A DNA stretch of 64,000 bases from Mobula birostris (taxonomy: Eukaryota). A program made the translations under genes and the position numbers. Numbering within the stretch: position 1 is the stretch's first letter; every line of letters starts with the position of its first letter. This document shows positions 12,753-25,780 of the stretch, piece by piece. Location of the stretch: the NCBI RefSeq assembly GCF_030028105.1, contig NC_092382.1, positions 21,865,792-21,929,791 on the forward strand, given 5' to 3'. The notes below the pieces were generated by a model. That model saw only the letters and a program-made list of their open reading frames with translations, had not been told where the DNA came from and made no database searches.

Positions 12753-13070
12753 ATACAAGGGGTGATTTTTAAGATCGTGCCCCAAGGTAGAAGAAGTCAA
12801 TTTTAGAAAACCTAGCACATTCATTTTTCAACATAGTCCCCTCCCACATTGACACACTTAGTCCAGCGGTCGTGGAGCATACAGATCCCTTCTTTGTGGG
12901 CGTCAGCGTCTTGGACCTCCAGAGGTGGTGCACCGAGGGGGTGATTGATATGTTCGTGGCCTAAGGTAGAAGGAAATGAGTTATTAACGTCAAATTTTCT
13001 GCATGATCACACAAAGAGTTGAACTATACGTGCATGTAACGAGAGCAGTATAACTCACCACCTTCTGGGA
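12753..13070. mobile_element. Mariner-like non-autonomous DNA transposon remnant
   Basis: Two copies of a (ac)gaggggtgattgata..ttcgtggcctaaggtagaag terminal-like motif (~12755 and ~12935). Family call from motif recognition only. Confidence 0.4.
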
Positions 13071-13389
13071 TGGAAACACGCGACCGAGTCGGGAGATGTG
13101 CGGGACTCACCCCAGCCCATAGAGAGCAAATTGAACACATCGACAAGGAGCCCACCCCAGCAGCTTCAGGAACAGCATTTATCTTTCAACCATCAGGCTC
13201 CAGAAACACGGTGGATACCTTTACTCACCTCAACTCAGTACTGACTCCGCCGTCTATGGACCCTCTTTCCAGGTCTGTACAACTCAGGCTTTCAATATTA
13301 TGAGTTTGTCGGCTTTGTGTGTAGGGTTTTGTTGATCCCATTGTATTTCTCTGTTCTACTGAGAGTGCCAGCAAGAAAGTGAATCAGAC

Positions 13390-14167
13390 ATGCTCGCAGA
13401 AACATAGCAACGCGCACGCACACACACGCAAAAAAAACATACTGGAGACACTCAACGTTCACACTCAGACAGACGCACGCAGGGACACACTCACATACAC
13501 AGGCGCGCACACACAATTACAGAAGCAAACACGCGAAGATCTGCATAGGCACACACGCAAATTGAAAGGTACACACACGTACACACAAACACCCAAACCC
13601 ACACAGAAGCACGGACTCGCGCACACACCAGACACACAGACACGTACACATATATGAACAGACAGCGACACAAACACACGAATACACACAGACACAGCAA
13701 CACGCGAAAACTCACACATACAGGGACACACATGTACACGCGGGCTACTACACAGACACACACACACATAGTCAGGAATGCGTTCACAGGCACACAACAA
13801 CACACTGCCTCACACAGAAACACACGCTTACGCGTTCGCGCGCGCACACGCAAGCACAGATCGAAATACACAACTGACACATACTAACACGCAGATCTTC
13901 ACACTAAAACCAGCACATAGCTGGGCGCAGGCGTACGGAAATACAGCCACAGAAACACACAGGCACACACATAGACAGACAGAAACAGGCAAACGCACAG
14001 ACAAACACAGACTCACACACTGACACACACAAACAATCAAAAAGGGACAAACACAGTCAGGGTAAAACACATAACGAAAACAGATACAGAAACAGAAATG
14101 TACACGACATACAAACACACAGACACGCACACTCTCAAACTAAGGCAGACACGGAGAGGTGCAAACG

Positions 14168-14203
<36 letters not shown>

Positions 14204-14225
14204 GGCGGACGCACACACATACGCG
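13390..14225. repeat. Degenerate (CA)n low-complexity tract ending in (CT)n(CA)n
   Basis: Direct inspection. The His/Thr-rich and Val/Cys-rich ORFs here are artefacts of the repeat. Confidence 0.9.
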
Positions 14226-15167
14226 ACTGCACTTTCTTTTCCACATCTCCATTTCTCCGTCGTGTTTTCTGACAAATACTCACCACTCTGAGTTTGATGG
14301 CCAAGCATTAGGGTTAGAGGGGAAACACGTTGCAATTGATGACGCTTTTGAAGGCTTAGACAATTTTGTTGAGTCCAACTAATTCGAACAAATGGTCAAA
14401 GCCTTCTGAAAGCAGAGAACCCAGGAGCCCAAGATTACTCTTTTCGAAGATTGGACAGGCAGTGAATGCAGGAGACTGATTATGTGCAGATAGGTAGGAT
14501 CGGCTTAATGTGACGTCATGGTCGGCACAGACACTGTGGGCCGAACAACCTGATCCTGTGCTTTAGCTTTCTCTGTTCTCTGTCGGAGTCAGAGAAACAG
14601 CAGGCAGCACGTTCCTGTCTGAGACGGTATATGTCTCTCAATGGTGGTGAACATGTTTCTGACCCAGGGCACTTTCTGGTACACTTCACACAAACAAGCT
14701 GAGGATGGCTGCTGGTAATCGGGAGTGGGAGATAAGGGTAAAGTGCGGTGAGCTGTGATTACAATTGGCGGTGAATCAGAGTGGAATGGCTGTTTTACTC
14801 TCAGTCAATCTCTTCAACCGATGGACGAAACTGAGGTAGAGAGTTGGGTCTGATGGTCATTGAAACAAAACCCCTTTGCTGGAGGACTGCCTCCAGCAAT
14901 ATACACCCTTCAGAACCATCACAATTTCCATTGTTTGCAGTTTCACAATTAATTCCTAAATTAATCACAAACGGTCTCGGCGGGGATTGCACTTGCCTGA
15001 CGTAATCGGAATGTAAATATTTTTTTTAAATCTTTAGTTTTAAAGCTGTTGGAATCTGTCCCCGTGGAGTCGCTGAATGGTATTAAAACCCCAGGCATGC
15101 GCTGCATGAACATTTCATTCCGGGAGATCGCCTGTGGCACAGGAGGACAAATTACTGCACAGGGAAA

Positions 15168-15243
15168 ATGTCTGCAATGTTGGACAGGTACTTGAGTGTG
15201 GATAAAATATTACGAGTGTTCATTGCCGTCATGGGAGGTCCTG
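15168..15243 (+). pseudogene. GPR139-like orphan GPCR pseudogene, exon 1
   Basis: MSAMLDRYLSVDKILRVFIAVMGGP-G then GTGAGT donor, phase 1. Joins TG-AAC at 17985 to give the TM1 motif GGPVNLV. TATTAAAA lies at 15081. Confidence 0.75.
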
Positions 15244-15751
15244 GTGAGTGAGCAGAGCAATTCATGTTTGTTTATTCTGTGTGTTAACCGGCGTGAACCT
15301 GTTTATGATCACTTTCCAAGTTTCTAACTTAATGTTCAGTGCACCGTCAATGATCCGTCAATGGTATCGAACCTGTAAAAAGAACATTCTGAATGTTCAT
15401 ATTTAATGACAAAAGAAAGTACACCTCCGCCTCTCCCCTAACTCACGGGATCGACTCGAACGTTGCTCTTGCCTTTAATGGGACGTTGACCAGAGTGGTG
15501 CCAGTGCTCGGGACGGACATCTCTCCGCGCATGCGTGACTGGGAAAGTTTTACATTGGGGTGTTGACTGCTTATGAGTTATTCATCAGAGCGAGCTCTTG
15601 GGCCTTTGGTGACACCTTGTTCTGAATTGCCCCAGTGCTGGAGACAAGCAGCTCTCCAGGGAGATCTGAATGGGATGGTTTGAGTGGCACCTTGTCTAGA
15701 GTTCTATCGGGGCTTTTGAAAGACAACTCTAAGGGGAAATGTGATTTAGAG

Positions 15752-16939
15752 CAGCGGTCCCCAACCACCGGGCCGCGGACCGAACCAGGCCGCAGAGCAT
15801 GCGCTACCAGGCCGCGAGGAAACGATATGATTTGGCGATAGGAGTCAGCTGCACCTTTCCTCATTCCCTGTCACGCCCTGTTGAGCCATCACGCGCGCGT
15901 CGTCCATGTCAGCGCGGGAAGGAGATCAACTCCTCGAGCTTGCAAATGACGGCGGGCTGAAAAGTCTGTTTGACATAACATCTCTGCCGGCATTCTGGAT
16001 CAAAGTCAAGGCTCCATATCCTGAGATAGCCGCGGAAGCACCGGAAACATTGCTTCCATTTCCAACATATCTCTGCGATGAATGTAACAAAAACTAAATT
16101 GCGGATTAGACTGAACATAAGGAACCCCATTCGAGTATCGCTGTCCCCCATCACCCCTCGATGGGACCGTCTTGTTGCAGGAAAACAAGCCCAGGGCTCC
16201 CACTGATTCCGCGGGTGCATTGCAATGATTTTATAAGTTCATACGGGGAAAATATGCGCTGTGTTTAATATCCAAACGTTACTTCAAATGTTATGATGCT
16301 ATTGACTTATATAACCATATAACAATTACAGCACGGAATCAGGCCATCTCGGCCCTTCTAGTCCGTGCCGAATGCTACTCTCACCTCGCCCCACCGAACT
16401 GCACTCAGCCCATAACCTTTCATTTCTTTCCTGTCCATATACCTATTCAATTTATCTTCAAATGATAATATCGAACCTGCTTCTGACAATTGTACTGGAA
16501 GTTCGTCCAATACTTACTTCAAACTCCCCTGTCCTCCCCTGATCATTGACTTATCGCTATATTCATGCGAGGAAAATGCGCTGTGTGTTTAATATTAAAT
16601 TCGTTAGATAAAGCCTTTTAGAAACGAAATTGAGTGTATTAGCCACTTATCACCCATATTCCGGTCGTGATTAACATCCACCTCCGAATAGAATCGCCAA
16701 AAACGATTTGCGGAAAAAATAATCAACAGGTGCACACATGCGCAAATTACACATGCGCACTGATGCCCGCGCAAGGCTTCATGGTCATTGTAGTCTTCAC
16801 TGGGTAAACGCAACGTATTTGACCGGTACTCTTGTCCGTTGGCAACCATCCCGCCCCTCCGGTCGGCTGGTCCGTCGGTCCGCAAGAATATTGTCAACAT
16901 GAAACCGGTCCGCACTGCAAAAAAGGTTGGGGACCCCTG
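15752..16939 (+). mobile_element. hAT-Charlie/Buster-type internally deleted DNA transposon in the GPCR intron
   Basis: TIRs CAGCGGTCCCCAACC (15752) and GGTTGGGGACCCCTG (ends 16939). Transposase C-terminal remnant at 15906-16206: DQLLELANDGGLKSLFDITSLPAFWIKVK.YPEIA...LLPFPTYLC...ITPRWDRLVAGKQAQGSH*. Confidence 0.85.
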
Positions 16940-17660
16940 CAGTACAAGGCGATAAATAGATTGCATTATTCAAAAGCAAGACTGAATCGCATCTTCCCAT
17001 CCGTGTCTCCTGAATGCGACAAGTGCCGCTCTGCCGAGGGCTCACTAGCGCATCTTTTCTGGTTTTGCCCTACATTATACAACTTTTGGACTGCAATCTT
17101 TGAGTGGGTCTCAAAAGTCTATTCCAGAGACATTCAGCCCAATCACGACCTCGCCATCTTTGGATGCTCTGCAGAGACTCTTGAGTTGCCGGGACATGCA
17201 GATTGCTCTGCATCTGGGAATGGTGGTGGCGAAGAAACTTATTCTTCTGAGCTGGAAGTCTGCTACTCCACCCACCTTCGCACACTGGCTCAAGCAGATG
17301 TTGTCTGTTATACAAATGGAAAGACTGCGTCCGCACAAACCCAATACACAGAATACATTTGAGAGAATATGGGGACCCTTATTGGCTCAGTGTCACATTA
17401 CCTCACATACACAGTGACCTTGACCTGCATAGTCTCATGAGCGGGTGTGGTGCCTAACCGGATTCCTTCATTCACTTTACTGCACATTGCTTATGTAATC
17501 TTGTAAATTGTCTGGCAACCTTTTTGTTTTTTTTTTTTTTGGTTTTTGATTTGTTTTGTCTGTTCTCCGCCTGGCGCGGTATTTCCTTTGTATTGTTTTG
17601 TCTTCAATATATTTTGTCTTTGTAAAACTGAAAATTGTAGGTAAAGTAATTTAAAAAAAA
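16940..17660 (+). mobile_element. L1-clade LINE 3' end
   Basis: QYKAINRLHYSKARL...CDKC....SLAHLFWFC (CCHC zf-RVT region of L1 ORF2), frameshifted, followed by a T-rich 3' UTR and an A-rich tail. Confidence 0.8.
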
Positions 17661-17984
17661 CTTACCCCTGACATCTCCTCTGCACCTACTTCCAGCCACA
17701 TGAGTGTTGGGTTTTCCAGAGGCCCGGTCAGTCAAGGTTAAATCAGTGAAACTGGCCCCATCGGAACTGGATCGCTGTTGTTCCCGACGATTACCCACAT
17801 CTCGTCATATCTCCACAGTGGGGAAGGCAGGTCTGAGACAGTGTGACCCGTGCTTGGTGTTAGTTGAGCAGCTGTTCACCGCCTCTGGCGCTCATGGCCA
17901 TTGGCGGAAACCCGAACCCGTGTCCATTCCCGGAGTATGTGTTCAATAATTCCCAGTGTCTGTTCTCTGTCTCTCTCCCTGCAG

Positions 17985-18888
17985 TGAACTTAGTGGCGAT
18001 TGTGATCCTGTCCCGGGGAAAGTGTGGCCTCTCTACCTGTACCACCCGCTACCTGGTGGCCACGGCAGCGGCGGATCTACTGACCGTTGTCACCGAGGTC
18101 TTTGTGCGTCAAGTCATAAGTTATTACTTTCCGTGGAATTTTTTGAACACTACCCCGATGTGCAGAGTTGTCGAGGTACTGAGGTTCACAGCCACATACT
18201 GTTCTGTCTGGTTCACCGTCATGTTCACTGTTGATCGCTTTGTCGCTATTTGCTGTCAGAAACTAAAAACAAAATATTGCACCGGGAAAACTGCGGCTGT
18301 GGTTCTAACAACAACCGCCGTGCTGTCCTTTCTGAAAAAATGTTCCCCGTTACTTCCTCTGGGAACCCAGAGAGATCATCGAGAATGTAACATGGTTCTG
18401 CAAGCTTATGGAATATACTTTCACTGACCCCGGGTGGGTAGTATACGATTAGCTTGATATAGTTTTGAATCCGTTCATTCGTTGTGATCCTGTTACTCAA
18501 CGCTCTGACATTCAGGCACATTTTAGTGGCCAGTCAGGTCCGTAAGGGGCTGAGAGGTCAGGGCAAAGGCGAGAATCGCAGTGACCCGGAGATGGAGAGC
18601 AGGAGGAGGTCTGTGATCTTACTCCTCGCCATCTCCGGAAGCTTCATCACCCTATGGCTGACACTAGTTGTAAATTTCATGTATTATGAGATCAAAGGAA
18701 TTGGATTCGATTTCAATGATTCTGAGGTGATCTTTCACAACGCCAGGATGTTGCTGAAGAATTTCAGCTGCTGCACGAGCACATTTATTTACGCTGTGAC
18801 TCAGTCGAAATTCAGGGAGCAGGTGATCAGCGCGGTGAAATATTCGTTCAACTGGGTGCGACAGGTCATTAATAAAGCCGCGTCCTGA
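17985..18888 (+). pseudogene. GPR139-like orphan class-A GPCR pseudogene, exon 2
   Basis: 7TM motifs AADLL, FTVDRFVAICC, DPEMESRRRSVILL, SCCTSTFIY. Lesions: +1 in the A6 run at 18335-18340, in-frame TAG at 18450-18452, and a second frameshift near 18477. Confidence 0.88.
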
Positions 18889-19127
18889 GCACAACCCAGA
18901 TTCACCGCCCGATCCCAGGTGTTATTCCCGGGCGAACTGTCCCATCGACCGGCAGCTCCGGGAAATTAGTAACAACAGTGATGTGGACCGTAAAAATAGG
19001 AAATGAGGGGAAAGAGAGGGAGGGAGACAGGGACGCGAGTGTGAGGGAGAGACGTGAGAGAGTGGCTGAATGAGGTGATGAAACGAGAGCGGTGCACGCG
19101 TGGGGTTGGGAGAACAGGAGAGATATT

Positions 19128-19170
19128 GTGTTTGTGTGTGTGTGTATATATGTGCGCGCCTGTCTGTCTG

Positions 19171-19204
<34 letters not shown>
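19128..19204. repeat. (GT)n microsatellite
   Basis: Direct inspection. Confidence 0.9.
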
Positions 19205-22200
19205 AAAAAGAGCGGACTGTGGTTAGACCGGGAGGAATGTAGAAAAGATATTTAAGGATGTTGCTTGGACATTGGGGCTCTTTTATGGGGAGAGTTTGCC
19301 AGGATGGGTATTTATCTCTTGGATCTTCGAAGAGTGAGAGGCAACCAAATGGAAACGATTAAAGTTGCCATCGGTTCTGGGAAGCTGGACAATGAGAGTT
19401 CAGGTTCCCGCTGATATAGCTCCACTAGAGTGTCCCATCCTGTTGGTAAGTTCTACCCACAGTCACTGTGTGGCTGGAGGTGAGGGAGGGGAGGCAATTC
19501 ACATGCATTTTCTTAGTTATGCTGTCAGTACTGTGGGCTGCAGGCGCGGGTTCAAATTCTGGAATCAGAGCTCATTTACTGCCAGCTCGTAAGATTTGCG
19601 AACAAAACATGCCCCGTTCGTGTGCCTTTACTTCCATTATGAGGAAACCTAAAAATAATCCCCTCAGACTCTGGTCATTACGTCACGCACCACCTCTCAT
19701 TGCGAGCACAACAACTCAATGACGGTGTTTGTGAATTACGTCACGCCGCTTCCATTATGGGCCAGTTGTGCCATTTGCCACCATTAACGTCACCTACAAT
19801 TGAATCTGAGGGTAGGGTCGGGGAGGATAATCGGTGCTGCATCGCCCTCGGTGTTGGGATCATTGCACAGTCACTGTACCGTCTCCTTTTGATTCGAGTC
19901 CTCCGGTCCCAGCAAACAAATCCGTGAGTCATTTCTGCGCCTTTCTAGATTAAACACGTCCTCCCTGAGGCGGGCGACCAGAAATGCGCACAGTTACTCC
20001 GCTGTGGTCTCGCCTGCATGGAAAAGTACAGCAGGGGAACAGGCCCTCCTGCTCACTGCGTTGTTCTGAACTAATCGAACGGACAATTTCATGACTAACT
20101 ACAGCCATTCCTTCTGCCTACACAAGATGCTGCCAAGCCTGCTGAGTCCCTGCAGCAATTTGTGTGCGTTGCTTGGATTTCCAGCATCGGAAGATTTTCT
20201 GTTGTTTGTAATGAGATGCTGTTTCCCCCATTCACCTTAAATACATTCCCTCTGGTATCAGACATTTCTTCCTCAAGGAAAAAAGGAAGCGTCTATCCAC
20301 TCTGTCTGCGACTCTCATATACCCATACTCCTCGGTGTGGCCTTCCTCAGCCTCTACTGTTCCCGAGCAAATATCCCTCGATTGCTCAATCTCTCCTTAT
20401 CCAGGCAGCGTCATGTTTACCCTCTTCTACTCACTGTCCAAAGCATCGACATTTTCAAGGTAACATAATGCAATATGCCAGATGCGGTTCATCTAGAGAT
20501 TTAGTAAACTGCAACCCAGCTACCTGACATTGGGGCTCACTGCCACGCTTATTAAAAGTAAACAGACCGTACGCCTTCTTTACCATCTCATTGTCCCATG
20601 CAGCCACTTTCCGGGAGCGATGAACTGGATCCTGGGATCCTTCTGCACATTAACACTGGACTTCAACACAATCCAATCTCACCCCATGACACGTATCCCG
20701 GAGTCCCGGTAAACCTCCTCTGCATTCTCCCAGCACAAGACATCTTCTCGACTGAATGTTGACCAGAACGGGATGCAAAAAATTCAAGAAACTTAGCAGG
20801 TCAGGCAGCATCTATTGAAAGATACAGAATCAATGTCTCGGAAGAGATCCATCCCTTTCAACATTGGCACGGGTCCTTCAACACAGCCCTTCCATGCCGA
20901 CCAGGTGAGCACCTAAACTAGTTCTGTCTGTCTGCGTCTGACCCATTCCCCCTGAAACTGGAATTAAATCGAATGCAGATCTCGGTCGCTTTGGCACATG
21001 GGCTGAAGGGTATTTTCCCTGCTGTAAATACCGCACCAGTAAGGAGGTCTTGTCCACTGACTTAAAGAGAATTAAGTTCGAGAACCTTCCAGAGCCTGGG
21101 GGGCTACACTGCACATTATTGTGAGATGGAGTAGATGACATTACTGGGGACTTCAGCAATACATTTGTCCTCTCTCTAGCCACAAGCAAGATCCCAGAAA
21201 GCCAGGGATAAATGTTATTATATTATTTAGGAAGCCGGATGAATAATATTGGAATACAATGACCCACCTCACGTCAGAATATGTAAATTACTGGAGAGCA
21301 TTCTTTGGGATGGGATGTACTTATTGAACAAAACACACATAAACATACACCTTGTTTCTTCCAAACTGTTCTGACCTGTTCCCTGCTCTAGTCCCATCGG
21401 CCTGCACCCGGAAAAGAGTCTTTCCTACTATCCACCCCTCCCCCCCCAATCCATGTAGCTGTCCAAGTGGCTACAGAATGTTGCAATTGAACCTACGTTC
21501 TCCACTTCCCCAGACAACTCATTCCACACTCACACCGACATCTGAGTGAACTTCCCTCTCCTCTGACCCTTAAGTATTTCATCTTTTACCCTTAACCTAT
21601 GATCTCCTCTAGAGTCATCCAACCTGAAGTGGTAAAGCCTCATTTGGGCAAGACCCAACCTATTGAATATTACCCTATAACGCAGATCCCAAAGTCCTGG
21701 GAACATCATTAAAATTTTCTCTGCAATCTTTCAAATTATCCACATATTTCCTGTAGATTGTTGATCAGAACGACAAACAATAGAAGTTTGTCCTCACTGA
21801 CGTCACATTCAACTGCAATATAACGTCACAATTCTTGTACTCAGTAGTTTGATTTATGAAGGCCAAGGTGTCGAAAGCTTTTTTGTGACCCTGTCTCGGG
21901 ATTATGGGACTGTATTCCCAGATCTCTCTGTTCCCCCGCACGCCACAATTCACTACCGTTTACTGTGTAATTCCTACCGGGGTTGGAGCTCCCAAAGCGC
22001 AACACCTTACACTTTCCTGCATTGAATCACATCTGCAAAGTTTTCAGCCCATTTTCCAGTGGCTCCACTCATGCTGGTCGGCACAACTTTGTGGGCCGAG
22101 TGGCCGGTTCCTGTGCTGCACAGTGCTATGGTCAATGTTGGACGTTTAGGACTGAGCACAATACTCTAAATGTATTCTAACCATAGTCTTGTAGACCTGC

Positions 22201-22536
22201 AACATCATGTCACGGAATTTGGTTTGGCTCTAGAGGTAGTACCGAGGAATTGATTATAGTGATGACGGGGTTAAGCCTATGTGTCTCCTGGGAGTAAACT
22301 GACTGCACTTCAGAAGAAAGAGAGGGGATCGGACTGAAATGAACCAAGTAATGAAAGAGGGATGGGTAAATCAGAGGCAGGGAAATCATTACCACTGGCG
22401 GGTGAGACTACACTTGGGGATCACAGCCTCAAGATTCGGGAATTAGATTTAGGACGGAGATGAGGGGGAAGTGCATTTCCCATAAGGTGGTGAACCTGTT
22501 GACTCCTCAGCAGTTGAAGCTACTTCAGTAAACACC

Positions 22537-22930
22537 CACTCAGTGGCCCGGTTGTCAGGTACAGGAGTGGAAGCCGGTGCCGCCTTTTGCCGCTGCAGCC
22601 CATCCACGACAAGGCTCGACGTGTTGTGTGTTCAGGAATGCTCTTCCGCAGCCGCTGTGGCAACGTGTAGTTATTTGATTCACTGATGTGCGTGAAAATC
22701 CCAGAAGCTGAGTCGCTTCAGAAATTCTCAAACCATTCCGTCTGGCATCAATAATTATCCCACGCTCAAAGTCAGTTCAATCACATTTCTTCCCTTGTCT
22801 GACGTTTGGTCTCAACAGGGACTGAACCTCGTCATCATATCTGCACAATGTTTATGTGTTGAGATGCTGCCGCATGATTGACTGATTCGCTATTTGCATC
22901 AACGCACAGGTATACAGGTGTACCAAATGC
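22537..22930. mobile_element. Tc1-like MITE remnant
   Basis: Begins cactcagtggcc...aggtaca, the same terminal motif seen at ~4885 and ~7838. Confidence 0.4.
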
Positions 22931-23429
22931 TGCGTGTAGTTCAGACACGGGCAGGTTTCCGCACAGCAGGGAATTTATGAGTGCAGGGTGAAAGGCAGAT
23001 AGTGTTACTGTGGTCACCGGCAGGACATTGGAGAAATGGCAGACTTTGTCCCGGTGAGGGGTGACCACAACTCAACACAGGTTTGGGGGAATATAAGATC
23101 CCCCGTCGAGACAGAAACAAAGGAATAGAAAGACAGCATCAGAGGCGTTACTAAACGGCAGCGCGAGGAAAATAATTCTTCCAGACACAAGGACGTTTGC
23201 ACGATATATTTCTCTGTGAACATTCGGTGTTTGATAGTCTTTTTTTCACTTTGATTTGCCGAGAGTTTGACACTATGCCCGAATGCTTGAACTGTGGACA
23301 GTTAGAAGATGAGGTGTTGTTCCTCCAAATTGTTTTGAGCTGTGACAGAGTTTTTAATCAGAGATCACCATGGAGACCAAAATTATCTCAGCTGAAATGT
23401 CCTTCGCCCACTTGGCGTGCTTTGTAAAC

Positions 23430-24130
23430 TTTTAACTGGGTAGAAGAGGCAAAGGATTTGTGTATGGGAATCTCAAACACAACAGCACGTTAGTTCCGCT
23501 GTATCTGTCAGTTCACCAGCGCTTGAATGCCGCCGATCCTTGAATGTGGAGGCGAAGATGCTGGAGAAGACAGCGCCCCACTCGCTACAAGGAGATCCCG
23601 ATCACGTGTCCATGTCCGTGATCTGATTGGATACATTGCCATGACGTTATAGCAGTGTGATGTCATTCACTGGCTCTCATTTTGGAAGGGATTCAGTCGG
23701 ACATCCCAGATACACCAACAGCTTCGCACTGGGAAGCGGCCGTTCACCTGCTCCGTGTGTGCGAAGAGACTCATTCAGTTAACCCACCTTGTGATGCTCC
23801 GGTGAGTTCACAATAAATAGAGACCACATTTCTGTCCGGAGTGAGTAAGGAGTTTTACTCAATCATCCCAGCTGCTGCAACACCAGCAACTTCACATCAG
23901 GGAGGAAGGTCAAATCAGCTCTGTGTTAAATCACGGTGACTGAAGGCAGCTGCAGGTTCATGAGGGACTGTTACTGTCAGATTCTGCAGTTCGTGCGGCT
24001 GCTCATCGCACCCAGTACTGAACCCTGGTCACTGAGCATTGGAGGAGTCTGTTCTGCTGATGTTAGCCTCAAACTAGACTGGTGTTTAATATTGTGGATC
24101 TGTGAAAGATAAATCAGTTCTGTATCAAAT
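23430..24130 (+). pseudogene. Decayed C2H2 zinc-finger last exon
   Basis: Starts with ggaatctcaaacacaac (compare 34784 in the intact ZNF gene). Remnant fingers [22 protein letters not shown] and FCPE*VRSFTQSSQLLQHQQLHIREE. The 3' part resembles 37980-38060. Confidence 0.7.
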
Positions 24131-24235
24131 CCCGTGTCGCAGGTGCTTACTGTCTCTACCACACTCACAACGTACACTAGAGAGGCCACTCAGTCTATCC
24201 GGTCCCTGCCCATGTTTCTGTCACTGCCCTATCAT

Positions 24236-25780
24236 TGCCGCTCCCCTCTCACTCTCCCTGTGATGACAGTCTATAACTAGTCACCACTCCGTGGGAGAAG
24301 AGATTTCGCTTGAATTCCATAGAATCACATAAATCTACGCCGCATTACAGGCCTTTCGGCCCACAGTGTTGTGCCGACCATGTAACCAACTCAAGAAACC
24401 TACCACATAGCGCTCTATTTTTCTAAGCTCCATGTACCAATTGAGGAGTCTCTTTGTATCCGCCTCTACCACCGTCGCTGGCAGTGGGTTTCATACACAC
24501 ACCACTGTGTTTAAAAAAACTCAGCTCTGACATCTCCTCTGTACCTACTTCCAAGCAGCTTAAAACTATTCTCCCTCGTGTTAAACATTTCAGCCCTGGG
24601 AAAAAGTCTCTGGCTATTCACAAGACCAATGCCTCTAATCACCTGCATGATTTTCTCCAGGCTGAATAAGACGATGAGCACACTGTGGTTTTGACGTTCC
24701 CCAGGGCTCCGGACTCTTTTCAACGTTTTGGGTCACTTTCACTCATTTCAAAGGTCTATGCCTCAGGCAGCCGGGTTGTTGCAATGCGCCTCTAAAGTCT
24801 GACAGCAGACTAGCGAGTGAATCTTCGATGGAGTAGAGTCAGAAAACAACGAGTTGCCAGCCTGAGTCAGGGCTTTGGGACTCCAGAAAGAGATGGGACC
24901 TAAAGTTTACAAGGAGGAGGAAGAAGAGGAATCAGACCAGCGGGATGTGGCTACAAATGAAAGATCAGAAACATTTCGAAAGTGGTTCATAGAAAAATGG
25001 TGGTTAATTTCCGCAATTTACTGGTGGAAATCGACAGATCAGGCAGCAAATGTGGAGAGGAATAAATAGACAACGTTTTTAGGCCGAGCCCCTTCAGCAT
25101 TCCTAGACTGTGTACTCCTCTGCTTAGTTGTTGCCTGAACTGGAGATTTCCTCCTGCATTTTGTGTTTACGTGTCTGTATTTCCAGCAGCTGCAGAATCT
25201 CTTGTGTTTCATATCTGCATCTGCGTTAAAATAGATACTGAATTTTCGATACACACACAAAAAAACTGAGGTACGGACATGAAACCGGTGCTTGCAAATA
25301 CACTTAATGGTATCGTGATTACCCATAAAGCGCTGCGTTAAAAAATTTCGCCATCGCGGAAGCACCGATCAAATGCGCAGGCGTCAGGATTGTTGCGGTT
25401 CCCGGATATCACGCATGCGCACAGTACACAAAAGGCCTCGGGATAACGGCAGCAGGAGCGGACGCAGGTAAGCGAGTATCTTGGGCGACAATTTTCAACA
25501 CCGACTTCGGGTAGTTGCTGTGACTCCGGACTCCGTGACCCGCAATCCCGGGACAGTCCTGCTCTCTTCCCTCTCTCTCAGCCCCACCATCCGTACACGG
25601 GCCCCGGGGAGCTTCCGGCTGATGAGGGAATGGGAACCGATGGGTCTCTCAGACAGAGCTGAGCTCCAGCTGTCTAAATGCAAGGATCGGGAACTCGGAG
25701 AAAGGGAACAAAATCTTTTACATCAGCTGTTGTGAAAATCACCTTTGTTCTGCCTCCAGTCACAAACAAGAGAAAATCTG
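24236..25780 (+). repeat. Segmental duplication copy A (ZNF upstream region, promoter and first exon); paralogous to 59525-62492
   Basis: Colinear similarity from tgccgctcccctctcac to cacaaacaagagaaaatct. Confidence 0.9.
25310..25469 (+). promoter_or_regulatory. Putative CpG-rich promoter and non-coding first exon of the ZNF gene
   Basis: Local CpG enrichment, NRF1-like ACGCATGCGCA at 25411-25421, strong donor CAG|GTAAG at 25468. All are conserved in the paralogue at 61467/61511. Confidence 0.55.

Noticed and set aside
13298-14382. His/Thr-rich and Val/Cys-rich ORFs
   Set aside because: Translations of a degenerate CA repeat.
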